Source: Candidatus Marinacidobacterales bacterium
Lineage (GTDB): Bacteria; Acidobacteriota; Vicinamibacteria; Marinacidobacterales; SMYC01
Assembly (NCBI GenBank): GCA_965224085.1
Contig: CBDCYI010000011.1
Location: 1,280,001 to 1,344,000 of the forward strand
Direction of reading: 5' to 3'
DNA: 64,000 nt
Both the position numbers and the translations under genes were made by a program. Positions 1 to 9,196 of the stretch are shown piece by piece; the stretch's first letter is position 1, and every line of letters begins with the position of its first letter. The notes under the pieces were generated by a model. That model had not been told where the DNA came from. It saw nothing but the letters and a program-made list of their open reading frames with translations, and did no database searches.

Positions 1-229
1 CGATGCGTTGAACGTCCGCCTCGATCTCGCTCAGGATATTCCGGATCAGGTCATGAGTCATCGGACGAGGAGTTGAAATGTTCTCGATTTGCAGCGCTAT
101 GGCATTCGCTTCGAACACGCCGACCCAAATCGGCAAAACGCGCTCGCCTTCTTTGTCCTTCAAAATCACAATGGGCATGTTGGTAACGGGGTCGATCATC
201 AAGCCCTTGATGGTCATTTCGATTTCCAT
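1..229 (-). CDS. Bifunctional nuclease / DUF151 family protein (runs off the window start)
   Basis: Not in ORF track. Manual translation from ATG 229: MEIEMTIKGLMIDPVTNMPIVILKDKEGERVLPIWVGVFEANAIALQIENISTPRPMTHDL; LPIWVG and RPMTHDL are DUF151 motifs. Confidence 0.9.
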   Translation of the reverse strand, partial: MEIEMTIKGLMIDPVTNMPIVILKDKEGERVLPIWVGVFEANAIALQIENISTPRPMTHDLIRNILSEIEADVQRI

Positions 230-269
230 ACGTAAGCCCTTCCGCTGACCCCATTCTGAAGGTGTGCAC

Positions 270-315
270 CACCAAATATAGGGGCTCACCCCGACCTTGT
301 CAACAGGATTTAGTG
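270..315. promoter_or_regulatory. Tandem NrdR-box-like operators
   Basis: CACCAAATATAGGG (270-283) and AACAGGATTTAGTG (302-315), starts 32 bp apart; resemble NrdR consensus CACwAtATaTwGTG. Confidence 0.5.
275..303 (-). promoter_or_regulatory. Sigma70-type promoter for the DUF151 gene
   Basis: Minus strand TTGACA (303-298), N17, TATATT (280-275). Confidence 0.7.
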
Positions 316-1637
316 GTGTACTCCCCGAACAGGCTATTGGGGCCAGCCCGCGTGATGTGAACCGGAATGATGGCGCCCGGTCGACTCTTTCCAACGAAGT
401 TCACGACTCGGTTGTGCGGTGTCCGACCGGAAAGCTCACTCTCGACCTTCTTGCTTCGCCCCTCGACGAGAACCTCGACGGTGTCTCCGATCAGTCTGTG
501 GTTCTTTCGGAGTTGAATCTGCCTCTGGAATTCTTGCAAACGCGCGAGACGCGTACGCTTCACACTCTCAGGGACGTCATCGACCTGTTCGCGCGACGCA
601 TAGGTATAAGGTCGTTCGGAATATTTGAAAGAGTAGATGCTGTCAAACGCAATCTCCTGAACAAGTTCGAGCGTGTCGTCGAAATCTTCGTGCGTCTCAC
701 CGGGGAAACCGACGATCAGATCCGTGGATAGCGCAATCCCAGGCACGAGCTCGCGTGCGCGAGCCACCTTGCTCAATAACTCCTCGCGCGTGTAACCCCG
801 ATTCATCGCGGCAAGAACGCGAGTCGAGCCGGATTGCGCCGGCAAATGCATATGGGGACAGAGCTTCTCGAGATCGCGAAATCGTTCCATCAAGGGTGCG
901 CCGAAGTCCTTCGGGTGCGGGCTCGTGAAACGCAACCGCCGCAGACCATCCACCGCGTTGACCGCGTCGAGCAAGGCTTCGAATGAGCGGCCATCGTTCG
1001 GATCGCGATAGGAGTTGACGTTTTGTCCCAAGAGCTGCACCTCGAGATAGCCCGCACGCGCGAGCACTTCGGCTTCACGAACGATGTCCTCCACCGGGCG
1101 GCAACGCTCGCGGCCGCGTGTAAACGGCACGATGCAGAACGTGCAGAAGTTGTCGCACCCCTCCATGATCGTGATGTATGCCTTGATGCCCGAAATTCTC
1201 GCGATTTGCTCGGGTGGGATATCAAGGTTGTCTTGGTGTCGTCCAATCTCGACGACCTTCTCGTTTCGCCCGACGACGGTCGCCAACACTTCCGGCAGCT
1301 GTACGAGGCTCTGCGTGCCGAGCACGAAGTCGACATCCGGCGAACGCTCGAAAATGGCTTCGCCTTCTTGCTGCGCGACGCATCCCGTGACACCAACCAC
1401 GATCGGTCGCAACTTCTTCATCACCGTGAAGTTGCGGAGCCGCGCAAAGACTTTTTCTTGAGCCTTCTCGCGCACACTGCACGTATTGAGGATGATGACA
1501 TCAGCATCGGCCTCGCCATCCGCTGGCTCGAGGCCGAGCCGCCTCAAGCTGCCGGACAACTTTTCGCTGTCATGGGCGTTCATCTGACAGCCCCACGTTT
1601 CGATGAAGAAGCGCTCGTGTTTTAACATGGACGACAT
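300..1637 (-). CDS. miaB: tRNA methylthiotransferase MiaB (radical SAM)
   Basis: TWGCQMNAHDSE, ILNTCSVREKA, CDNFCTFC radical SAM motif, C-terminal TRAM domain. Start 1637 or 1628 rather than 1736. Confidence 0.96.
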   Translation of the reverse strand: MSSMLKHERFFIETWGCQMNAHDSEKLSGSLRRLGLEPADGEADADVIILNTCSVREKAQEKVFARLRNFTVMKKLRPIVVGVTGCVAQQEGEAIFERSPDVDFVLGTQSLVQLPEVLATVVGRNEKVVEIGRHQDNLDIPPEQIARISGIKAYITIMEGCDNFCTFCIVPFTRGRERCRPVEDIVREAEVLARAGYLEVQLLGQNVNSYRDPNDGRSFEALLDAVNAVDGLRRLRFTSPHPKDFGAPLMERFRDLEKLCPHMHLPAQSGSTRVLAAMNRGYTREELLSKVARARELVPGIALSTDLIVGFPGETHEDFDDTLELVQEIAFDSIYSFKYSERPYTYASREQVDDVPESVKRTRLARLQEFQRQIQLRKNHRLIGDTVEVLVEGRSKKVESELSGRTPHNRVVNFVGKSRPGAIIPVHITRAGPNSLFGEYTTKSC

Positions 1638-1641
1638 TGGC

Positions 1642-3306
1642 TCAGTGACTCTTGTCCGTAACGAGCTGACGAGCATGTGCGCGAGCACTATCTGTGACGA
1701 CCGCGCCGGCGAGCATGCGCGCGATTTCATCGACACGCGCCTCGCTATCGAGGCGCTCGATACGCGTCTCGATTCTGCCTTTGTGCTCTATCTTATCAAT
1801 TCGGTAGTGCGATGGGGCGAAGCTCGCAATCTGCGGAAGGTGCGTGACGCAAATGACTTGATGAAGCGTCGCGAGCTCCTTGAGCTTCGCACCTACGGCA
1901 TCGGCCACCCGCCCGCCAATTCCGGCATCGACCTCGTCGAACACGAGGACTTTGGACGTATCGCCCTTGGCAGATACCGTCTTGAGTGCGAGCATGAACC
2001 GAGACAGCTCGCCACCCGAAACGACTTTACCCAACGTTCGCAGATCCTCGCCAGGGTTCGCCGAAAAGAGAAGCTCCACGACGTCCATGCCACTGACACG
2101 CCAATCGCCCTCGCTTATATCGGCCGCGAACCGGGCCTTTTGAAGCGCGAGGCTCGGGAGCTCTTTCGCTACCGCCTTTTCGAGTCGCTTTGCCGAATTC
2201 TTTCGCATCTTGGACAGCTCGGCCGCCAAAGCGACATACTTCCCCCGCGCCGCATCCAACTGCTCGCGAAGCTCCTCGAGCTTCTCGCTCGAGCGCGACA
2301 GCTCCAGAAGCGCTTCGCGTGCGCGCTCCTGACGCTCGAGAACGGTGTCCAAAGTTCCTCCGTGTTTCTTCTTGAGCCTCTCGAGAAGCGCGAGCCGCGT
2401 CTCGATCGTGTCGAGCTTGCCCGGCACGACTTGAATTTCTTCCCGGTAATCACGGAGGCTCAACGCCAGGTCCTCGAGCTGTCCCGTCAGAGCGTCGCGC
2501 TCGTCGATGTAACGTTGCCATCGACCGTCGATGCTCGCGAGCTCTTCGACGTGCTGAAACACTTGGGCCAGACGCGACACGACCGAGCCCTCGTTCTCGT
2601 AGAGTGACGCGTACGAACGCTCCGAAAGCTCCTTCAGCTTCTCGGCATGGGTCAGAAGCTCGCGCTCGCTCGCGAGCTCTTCGTCCTCGCCGGCAACCAA
2701 CTCGGCTTTGTCGAGCTCGTTGAGCTCGAACTCGAGATGCTCCCGGCGCGAGCTGCGCTCCTGGGCGGCCAGCTCCAGGCGCTCGAGCGCTCCCTGCGTT
2801 CTCTCAATACCGGCGAACGCGTCCGCGACCTTCTCTCGAAGCACAAACAAGCCGCCAAAACCATCGAGCAGCTCGATGCCCGCGTCTAATCGCAGCAGCG
2901 CGAGGTTATCCCCTTGGCCGTGTATATCAACAAGAAACGTAGACAGATCACGTAACAGTGCCCGTGAGCTAGAGACGCCGTTCACGACGATCTTTCCGCG
3001 TCCCGCCTTCGTAATCTCCCGCCTGATCACAAGCTCGGGCTCCGGCTCGATACCAGCTTCCCGAAGACGTGCATCGAGAAGCTCTGGAACCGGATCCATC
3101 TCGAACCCGGCCTCCACATAGGCCGATTCGGCCCCCGTACGCACGAGCTCGGAAGGCGCACGATTGCCGAGAACCAACCCCAACGCATCGATGAGAATGG
3201 ACTTTCCCGCGCCTGTCTCCCCGGTCAAAAGGTTCAACCCAGCCTCAAAATCAACCTCGAGATGGTCGATCACCGCGACATTCTCGACCCGCATCCAACA
3301 CAGCAC
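1642..3306 (-). CDS. recN: DNA repair protein RecN
   Basis: LTGETGAGKS Walker A, DIHGQ, SGGELSR signature, FDEVDAGIGG, CVTHLPQIA. Confidence 0.97.
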   Translation of the reverse strand: MLCWMRVENVAVIDHLEVDFEAGLNLLTGETGAGKSILIDALGLVLGNRAPSELVRTGAESAYVEAGFEMDPVPELLDARLREAGIEPEPELVIRREITKAGRGKIVVNGVSSSRALLRDLSTFLVDIHGQGDNLALLRLDAGIELLDGFGGLFVLREKVADAFAGIERTQGALERLELAAQERSSRREHLEFELNELDKAELVAGEDEELASERELLTHAEKLKELSERSYASLYENEGSVVSRLAQVFQHVEELASIDGRWQRYIDERDALTGQLEDLALSLRDYREEIQVVPGKLDTIETRLALLERLKKKHGGTLDTVLERQERAREALLELSRSSEKLEELREQLDAARGKYVALAAELSKMRKNSAKRLEKAVAKELPSLALQKARFAADISEGDWRVSGMDVVELLFSANPGEDLRTLGKVVSGGELSRFMLALKTVSAKGDTSKVLVFDEVDAGIGGRVADAVGAKLKELATLHQVICVTHLPQIASFAPSHYRIDKIEHKGRIETRIERLDSEARVDEIARMLAGAVVTDSARAHARQLVTDKSH

Positions 3307-3401
3307 AACCTAGAAGTTAGCACGACTGGCAACCGAAGGAGGGCGATGAGGTAGGCTTATTCAAACGTTCTGAATCCTGTATCGTCACGGTACCCCAAAC
3401 A

Positions 3402-3474
3402 TTGACTTACCCCAAGTCCTTGTGGTACCGTCCCATACGGTCACAGTATCTAGTGTATCGTTCGTATTTCGTTC
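3402..3474 (+). promoter_or_regulatory. Putative tol-pal-ssb promoter with NrdR-like boxes and a GTTC-N7-GTTC box
   Basis: TTGACT (3402-3407) and TGG-TACCGT extended -10; CCCAAGTCCTTGTG (3411-3424) and CACAGTATCTAGTG (3442-3455), 31 bp apart; GTTCgtatttcGTTC (3460-3474). Confidence 0.45.
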
Positions 3475-3506
3475 CAATCTTGAGCGCCGACGTGGAACCC
3501 TAGCTC

Positions 3507-4214
3507 TTGCAAGAGATCAATTCGACGGCTATTGAAACGTCATCCCCGTTGAATCCTTTGGACCTCGTTCTGGATTCGGGGCCGGTCACCATCGCCGTTC
3601 TTCTTATTTTGTTCGCTTTTTCGCTTGTGTCGTGGGCGATCATCTTCAGCAAGTGGACGACGCTCCGCAAAGCCGACTCTCACACCGCGGCGTTCCTCGA
3701 GATCTTTCGTCGTAGCAAGAAATTCGCCGACGTACACGCGGTTTGCCATCAGTTACGGACGAGTCCTCTCGTCGGACTCTTCTTGTCGGGCTATCACGAG
3801 CTCAACTACCAGCTCAAAACCAAAGGCGAATCCGAGAACGACGCGCGCGTTCACAATCTGGAGAGCGTCGCCCGCTCTCTCGCCCGCGCTTCGAACGCTG
3901 AGGGCTTGAAGCTTGAGAGCCGACTGACCTTTCTGGCAACGACGGGTAGCGCGACCCCGTTTATCGGGCTGTTCGGCACCGTTTGGGGCATCATGAATGC
4001 GTTTCAAAACATCGGCGCGGTCCAGTCGGCGAATATCAGCGTCGTCGCGCCGGGCGTTAGCGAAGCCTTGGTCGCCACCGCGGCGGGCCTCGCCGCCGCC
4101 ATCCCCGCTGTCATCTTTTACAATTATTTCCTGAATTGGGTGAAGCGGCTTTCGACGCAAATGGATGATTTCGCGCTAGAGTACATCAATATCATCGAGC
4201 GCAATTTCACCTAA
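3507..4214 (+). CDS. tolQ: TolQ (MotA/TolQ/ExbB proton channel)
   Basis: LATTGSATPFIGLFGTVWGIM and VAPGVSEALVATAAGL motifs; tol-pal context. Confidence 0.93.
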   Translation: MQEINSTAIETSSPLNPLDLVLDSGPVTIAVLLILFAFSLVSWAIIFSKWTTLRKADSHTAAFLEIFRRSKKFADVHAVCHQLRTSPLVGLFLSGYHELNYQLKTKGESENDARVHNLESVARSLARASNAEGLKLESRLTFLATTGSATPFIGLFGTVWGIMNAFQNIGAVQSANISVVAPGVSEALVATAAGLAAAIPAVIFYNYFLNWVKRLSTQMDDFALEYINIIERNFT

Positions 4215-4227
4215 CACGGGGACGGGC

Positions 4228-4716
4228 GTGCAAGTCGGAAGCGGCGACAGTGGATCGGGCCGGGGCTCATCGCTCGGAGGCTCGGCGACAGCGATGCTCA
4301 TGGCGCGGCGGGGCTCCGGCGCGGGCGCGACGCTCTCCGAGATCAACGTCACGCCCTTCGTCGACGTCGTTCTCGTGCTGCTCATCATCTTCATGATTAC
4401 GGCACCGATGCTCATGCGCGCCATGGACGTCAGTCTGCCGTCGGCCTCTCTCCGCCGCGACGATCCGACCGAGCGCATAGTCGTGACGCTCGACGCCCAA
4501 GGCCGCACCTTCGTGAACGACAATGCGGTCAACATCGAGCTTCTCGAAGAGCAGTTGCGACAGCGTGTCGAGGTGAATAATTTGCGCTTGGCCTATCTTC
4601 GGGCCGACGAGACGCTACAATACAAGGAAATCATCAAGCTGATGGACTTGATGAAGCGGGCTGGCGTGGACACCGTTGGTCTCGTCTACGTCTACCCCGA
4701 AGAGCGAGTGAACTAA
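4228..4716 (+). CDS. tolR: TolR/ExbD
   Basis: SEINVTPFVDVVLVLLIIFMITAPM and YLRADE; true start may be ATG 4294 or 4300. Confidence 0.92.
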   Translation: MQVGSGDSGSGRGSSLGGSATAMLMARRGSGAGATLSEINVTPFVDVVLVLLIIFMITAPMLMRAMDVSLPSASLRRDDPTERIVVTLDAQGRTFVNDNAVNIELLEEQLRQRVEVNNLRLAYLRADETLQYKEIIKLMDLMKRAGVDTVGLVYVYPEERVN

Positions 4717-5459
4717 TGGGTGGCGCGAACCGAGATTCTTTCACACTGATGCTCGTGTGGTCGGGTATCGTGCACGTGCTGTGCTTCACCTCTCTCGCGC
4801 TCGGCAGTTATCTGACCCCTCGCGGGGGCCTTCTGGCGGCTCCTGACGCCCAGGTCTATATCAGTATCGGCGCGTCTGGTCCGCTTGAAGGCTCGGGCGG
4901 CGGCGGTGCCCCCACGCCTCCCGAACCGGAACCGGAACCGGAGCCCGAGCCGCCCAAGAACGAAGTTGTGCGTCCGAGCAAAGTTGTTCGCGAAGAGATA
5001 CCGCGGCCGGACGCGCCCGCAACAAAAAAGCCGCGGTGGGAGCGCATCAAGGAAGATACTGGTCTAAGAGGCGACACGGCGGCGACGGGCGAGTCCGCCA
5101 AGCTGAGACAAACTCCCGCGATCGCTCCGGGGCTCGGACTTGGTGGCGCCGGGGGCAGCTCGCCCTTCGACCAAGACTTCGAGTACGCCTATTACGTCCA
5201 ACAGATGTTGGGACGAATCCATCAGCATTGGCAACGCACGCCGGTGCGCGGGACGGCCACTGTGACGGTCCGTTTCACCATCTTGAAGGATGGGAGCGTT
5301 CAAAATGTGGAAGTAGAGCAATCGTCCAGAGTGTCGCTTCTCGACCGCGGCGCGCTACGCGCCGTTATGCTCGCGGATCCGATGCCGCCGCTTCCCAATT
5401 CCTATCCCCGGGATCGCGTCGGGGTCCACTTACGATTCACCTATTCGGACAACCAATGA
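4716..5459 (+). CDS. TonB/TolA-family energy transducer
   Basis: N-terminal TM with His, (PE)n linker, TonB-C domain (VRFTILKDGSV..SS..LDRGALRAV); occupies the tolA position. Confidence 0.85.
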   Translation: MGGANRDSFTLMLVWSGIVHVLCFTSLALGSYLTPRGGLLAAPDAQVYISIGASGPLEGSGGGGAPTPPEPEPEPEPEPPKNEVVRPSKVVREEIPRPDAPATKKPRWERIKEDTGLRGDTAATGESAKLRQTPAIAPGLGLGGAGGSSPFDQDFEYAYYVQQMLGRIHQHWQRTPVRGTATVTVRFTILKDGSVQNVEVEQSSRVSLLDRGALRAVMLADPMPPLPNSYPRDRVGVHLRFTYSDNQ

Positions 5460-5489
5460 AGGCAATGAAGGCAATGAAGGCAATGAAGG
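5454..5489 (+). repeat. 9-bp tandem repeat (CAATGAAGG)x4 at the tonB/tolB junction
   Basis: Four exact copies, encoding MKAMKAMKAMK. Confidence 0.95.
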
Positions 5490-6877
5490 ACGCCATGAAA
5501 CATCTGCTGCGATCTATGATCGTCATGGGTATCATCTTTGGCGCGTTGTCCTCTTTCCACGCCACGACGTATTCTTCCGGAACCGCAGGTGCCGTCCAGG
5601 AGCAAGCGCTCACACAGCCGACTGCGGGCGACTGGTACATCCGGATCACCGATCCCAGACGGCCGGTCTACATGGCGATCCCGGATTTCGAGACGGGGAC
5701 CGAGGACGCGACAACCTTCTCCTCGACGATCTCTAGCGTCGTCTGGAACGACATGGAATTCGCCTCCATCTACCGATTGGTGCCCAAGCGGAACTACCGG
5801 ATCGCCCAGACGTCGAGCGACCCCAGGAAAATCGACTTTTATCAGTGGGAATCCATCGGAGCGGACATTCTGATTCGCGGCGTCACCGAGCTCCAGCGCG
5901 ATACCCTCATCGTCGAGGTCCGCATCTACGCGATCCGCGCTCAGGAGATGGTCTTTGGCAAGCGTTATGAAGGGCCCGTCTCGGCAGCCCGACGCATGGC
6001 CCATCGCATCGCCGACGACATCCTCATCCAAGCCGGAAACTATCGCGGTATCAACCAGACCAAAGTCGCGTTCGCCAGCGACCGCCGCGGCGAGAGAAGC
6101 AAAGAAATCTACGTCATGGACTATGACGGCTATAGCCAAAAACCGCTCACAGCCAACCGCTCGTTGAACTTGACGCCAACATGGTCGCCAGACGGGCGCG
6201 CGCTCGGCTATATCTCGTATCGGACGGGCAACCCTTCGCTTCATATCGCCCATATCTACGAAGGCCGCGGCGAGCGTTTCGATACCGGCGACGGGATGGC
6301 GATCAACCCGTCCTGGGCTCCAGACGGCACGAAGCTCGCGTTCACGTCGACGCGGGACGGCAACTCCGAGATATATTTGATCAACACGGATGGCACGGGC
6401 ATGAGGCGGCTTACGCATCACCCCGGGATCGATACCTCCCCGTGTTGGTCGCCGACGAGTCGCGAGATCGCTTTCACGTCGGATCGCACAGGGTCGCCTC
6501 AGATCTACGCCATGGACACCGAAGGGCTAAATTTGCGACGCATCTCTTATCAAGGAAGCTATAACGATTCGCCTAGCTGGTCTCCTTCGCGACAATATAG
6601 CGAGCTTGCCTTCACGTCGCGGATCGAGCGCGGTCCTTTCGACATCGTCGTCTACGATTTCCAAACCCGGCAGACGCGGCAGCTCACGACGGGTCGCGGC
6701 AGCAATGAAAGTCCCGACTGGTCTCCGAACGGGCTTCATCTCGTATTCACGTCCAGCCGCACCGGCTCGAACCAAATTTTTACGATGAACCGCGATGGGA
6801 GCAATCAGAGACGCCTCACGAGAGAGGGCAAGAACACCACGCCTCAATGGGGCCCCATCACGGGACAGGAATCTTAA
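5456..6877 (+). CDS. tolB: Tol-Pal beta-propeller protein TolB
   Basis: Signal peptide, TolB-N (AHRIADDI), PD40 repeats (PTWSPDG, PSWAPDG, PDWSPNG). Start between 5456 and 5495. Confidence 0.94.
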   Translation: MKAMKAMKAMKDAMKHLLRSMIVMGIIFGALSSFHATTYSSGTAGAVQEQALTQPTAGDWYIRITDPRRPVYMAIPDFETGTEDATTFSSTISSVVWNDMEFASIYRLVPKRNYRIAQTSSDPRKIDFYQWESIGADILIRGVTELQRDTLIVEVRIYAIRAQEMVFGKRYEGPVSAARRMAHRIADDILIQAGNYRGINQTKVAFASDRRGERSKEIYVMDYDGYSQKPLTANRSLNLTPTWSPDGRALGYISYRTGNPSLHIAHIYEGRGERFDTGDGMAINPSWAPDGTKLAFTSTRDGNSEIYLINTDGTGMRRLTHHPGIDTSPCWSPTSREIAFTSDRTGSPQIYAMDTEGLNLRRISYQGSYNDSPSWSPSRQYSELAFTSRIERGPFDIVVYDFQTRQTRQLTTGRGSNESPDWSPNGLHLVFTSSRTGSNQIFTMNRDGSNQRRLTREGKNTTPQWGPITGQES

Positions 6878-6897
6878 AGCGTGTCACAAGGAGAATA

Positions 6898-7509
6898 TTG
6901 TTGAGAATCTCAAACGTTTCGCGGAACCTTTGGACGGTCCTCCTTTTCTCCCTGTTACTAGCCGCGTGCGGCGGCAAAACGGATCGCCCGCCCGCCACGA
7001 CGTCCGGGCCACCGACCCAGACCACAGACGACCCTGCAACGCGGCCCGCACCGCCTCTCGAGGTGGTCGACACGCTGCCTCCGGTGGTGGACCCGGGGGA
7101 CGACCTGTTGTTGATCGATGAGGCGGATCCTCTCGGGATCCGCGATATGCCGCTCAACGCGATCAACGAGCTTTCGCCCCTTATAGACGTTCCCTTCGAT
7201 TTCGATAGCGCCGCGCTCCTCGACGAGGCCCGTGTGACGCTCAACGCGCATGCCGATATCCTCGCACAATACAGCTCGCTGACGGTACTCATCGAAGGGC
7301 ATTGTGACGAGCGTGGTACGGTAGAGTACAATTTGGCGCTCGGGGAGCGCCGCGCGAACGCCGTCTACAACTACCTGATGAATCTTGGTATCTCGGCGAG
7401 CCGACTCAAAACAATCAGCTACGGCAAGGAATTTCCAAAAGATCCGGGCCATAACGAGCAGGCATGGGCCGCCAATCGTCGTGGACACTTCGAGATCACC
7501 GGGAAATAG
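6898..7509 (+). CDS. pal: Peptidoglycan-associated lipoprotein Pal
   Basis: Lipobox LAAC; FDFDS, IEGHCDERGTVEYNLALGERRA, SYGKE, ANRR. Start approximate. Confidence 0.95.
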   Translation: MLRISNVSRNLWTVLLFSLLLAACGGKTDRPPATTSGPPTQTTDDPATRPAPPLEVVDTLPPVVDPGDDLLLIDEADPLGIRDMPLNAINELSPLIDVPFDFDSAALLDEARVTLNAHADILAQYSSLTVLIEGHCDERGTVEYNLALGERRANAVYNYLMNLGISASRLKTISYGKEFPKDPGHNEQAWAANRRGHFEITGK

Positions 7510-7533
7510 CATCGACGAAGAAAGGAGGCCGCA

Positions 7534-8391
7534 GTGACTCGAATGGTTCGGATCGTCACCGCAACGGCCGTAGTCGCCGCTTGGAGCCTTTCGAGCACGA
7601 GCGCTCTGGAAGCTCAAAGAGACCGCGACGCCATCGTCGCGGAGCTGCGACAGATTCAAGCGCAGCTCTCCGAAATCCAGACCTCGCACGCCGCGTTGAA
7701 AACGGCCATCGAGTCCCTAACCGCGCAGACCACGAATCAACGAGACTCGCTCCGCAAGACGCTCGCGGACTCGAATGTCACCTTGCAGCGACTAGAGCAG
7801 AACCTGTCTATCCTGTCGGCGCGCGTGGACGAGACGAACGGGCGGGTCGGCGACTTGCAGCAAGAGGTCGGCTCGATACGCCAAACGCAGCCTCTCATCA
7901 TCCCGCCAACGGAAACCGCCGCAAACGGCGAGGATGGCGACGCCGCCGATAGTGCGCCGAACGCGACGCCGCCTCCCCCAGCCATGGCCGCGGGCCCGAG
8001 CATCACGGACATTTATAACCAAGCGAGAATCGACTATACCCAGGGGCGCTACGCGCTCGCGATTTCCGGCTTCGAAGATGTCGTCGCGAGCAATGCCAGA
8101 GGAGATTTGGCCGACAACGCGCATTACTGGATTGGCGAGTGCCACTTCTCGCAACGCGGCTACGAGCGCGCCATCGAATCGTTCGATAGGGTCGTGCGCG
8201 AATATCCGGATAGCAACAAGCGCTCCGACGCCTACCTGAAAAAAGCGATGTCGCTCGAAAACCTGACGCGGCGTTCGGAGGCAATGTTGATGTACGAGTT
8301 CGTGATCGAGCAGTTCCCACGCTCCCAGCACGAGCGCATCGCCCGCACCCGCCTCGAAGAGCTCATGCGCACCACGCCTCCCCGACGGTGA
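7534..8391 (+). CDS. cpoB: CpoB/YbgF coiled-coil TPR protein
   Basis: Signal peptide, coiled coil, TPRs (LADNAHYWIGE, YPDSNK); directly follows pal. Confidence 0.9.
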   Translation: MTRMVRIVTATAVVAAWSLSSTSALEAQRDRDAIVAELRQIQAQLSEIQTSHAALKTAIESLTAQTTNQRDSLRKTLADSNVTLQRLEQNLSILSARVDETNGRVGDLQQEVGSIRQTQPLIIPPTETAANGEDGDAADSAPNATPPPPAMAAGPSITDIYNQARIDYTQGRYALAISGFEDVVASNARGDLADNAHYWIGECHFSQRGYERAIESFDRVVREYPDSNKRSDAYLKKAMSLENLTRRSEAMLMYEFVIEQFPRSQHERIARTRLEELMRTTPPRR

Positions 8392-8416
8392 GGAGGGAGG
8401 ATCAGAAGGACAAAAC

Positions 8417-8430
8417 TCGTCTATAGACGA
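8417..8430. promoter_or_regulatory. Perfect 14-bp palindrome upstream of ssb
   Basis: TCGTCTATAGACGA. Confidence 0.35.
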
Positions 8431-8465
8431 AAGGGCTGAATGCCCAACGCTGAATGGAGGCAATC

Positions 8466-8894
8466 ATGAGAGGGGTCAACAAAGTCATACTCATCGGGAA
8501 CCTGGGGCGAGATCCGGAGATCCGATACACAAAGAGCGGCACGGCAGTCGCGAATCTCAATCTCGCCACTTCGGAGTCCTGGAACGACGCACAAGGAGAG
8601 CGCCAAGAGCGCACCGAGTGGCATCGTGTGGTCGCGTGGGACAAGCTCGCCGAGATCGCGAAGGAATATCTATCGAAAGGACGTCAAGTCTATATCGAAG
8701 GCCGGCTTCAGACGCGTTCGTGGGAGGACAAGGACGGCAACAAGCGCTACACCACCGAGATCCGAACCGACCAAATGGTCATGCTCGGCGGACGTGGGAT
8801 GGACGGACCGTCACGGGACTCAGCCCCACCGCCAGCACCGGACGACTACCGCCGGGAGCCATTTAAAGCGACCGACGAAGACGTCCCGTTCTAG
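8466..8894 (+). CDS. ssb: Single-stranded DNA-binding protein
   Basis: [34 protein letters not shown]-terminal DEDVPF; GGAGG upstream of ATG 8466. Confidence 0.97.
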   Translation: MRGVNKVILIGNLGRDPEIRYTKSGTAVANLNLATSESWNDAQGERQERTEWHRVVAWDKLAEIAKEYLSKGRQVYIEGRLQTRSWEDKDGNKRYTTEIRTDQMVMLGGRGMDGPSRDSAPPPAPDDYRREPFKATDEDVPF

Positions 8895-9196
8895 GGGTTT
8901 TCCGTGCTGGTACCACCAGCTTCGCGCTTTTCGTGACGGGGACCGTGACCTGAACGCTGCGATCCATCTTTACCGTACGGTGAGCGGCTGGGCGGATGGC
9001 AAGGATGCTGCTGCGGTCGTAGAAAAACCACAACGAGTGTGCGGGACAAGGATTCTAGCCGGATCGCAGGCGGAATAGATTACGGAGATCCGGAGGAAAC
9101 TAGTGGTGACTTGCTCGACTCCATTTCGTAGAATGGAGGTGGCTCCACCCCACAATCCATGAATGAAACAGCTCCTAAAAAGAGGCGGGCCTGGCT

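Noticed and set aside
4921-4952. GAACCG-type hexamer repeat
   Set aside because: Encodes the ordinary (PE)n TonB linker.
8900-9190. Intergenic stretch after ssb as ncRNA or tRNA
   Set aside because: No cloverleaf, convincing stems or coding signal found.
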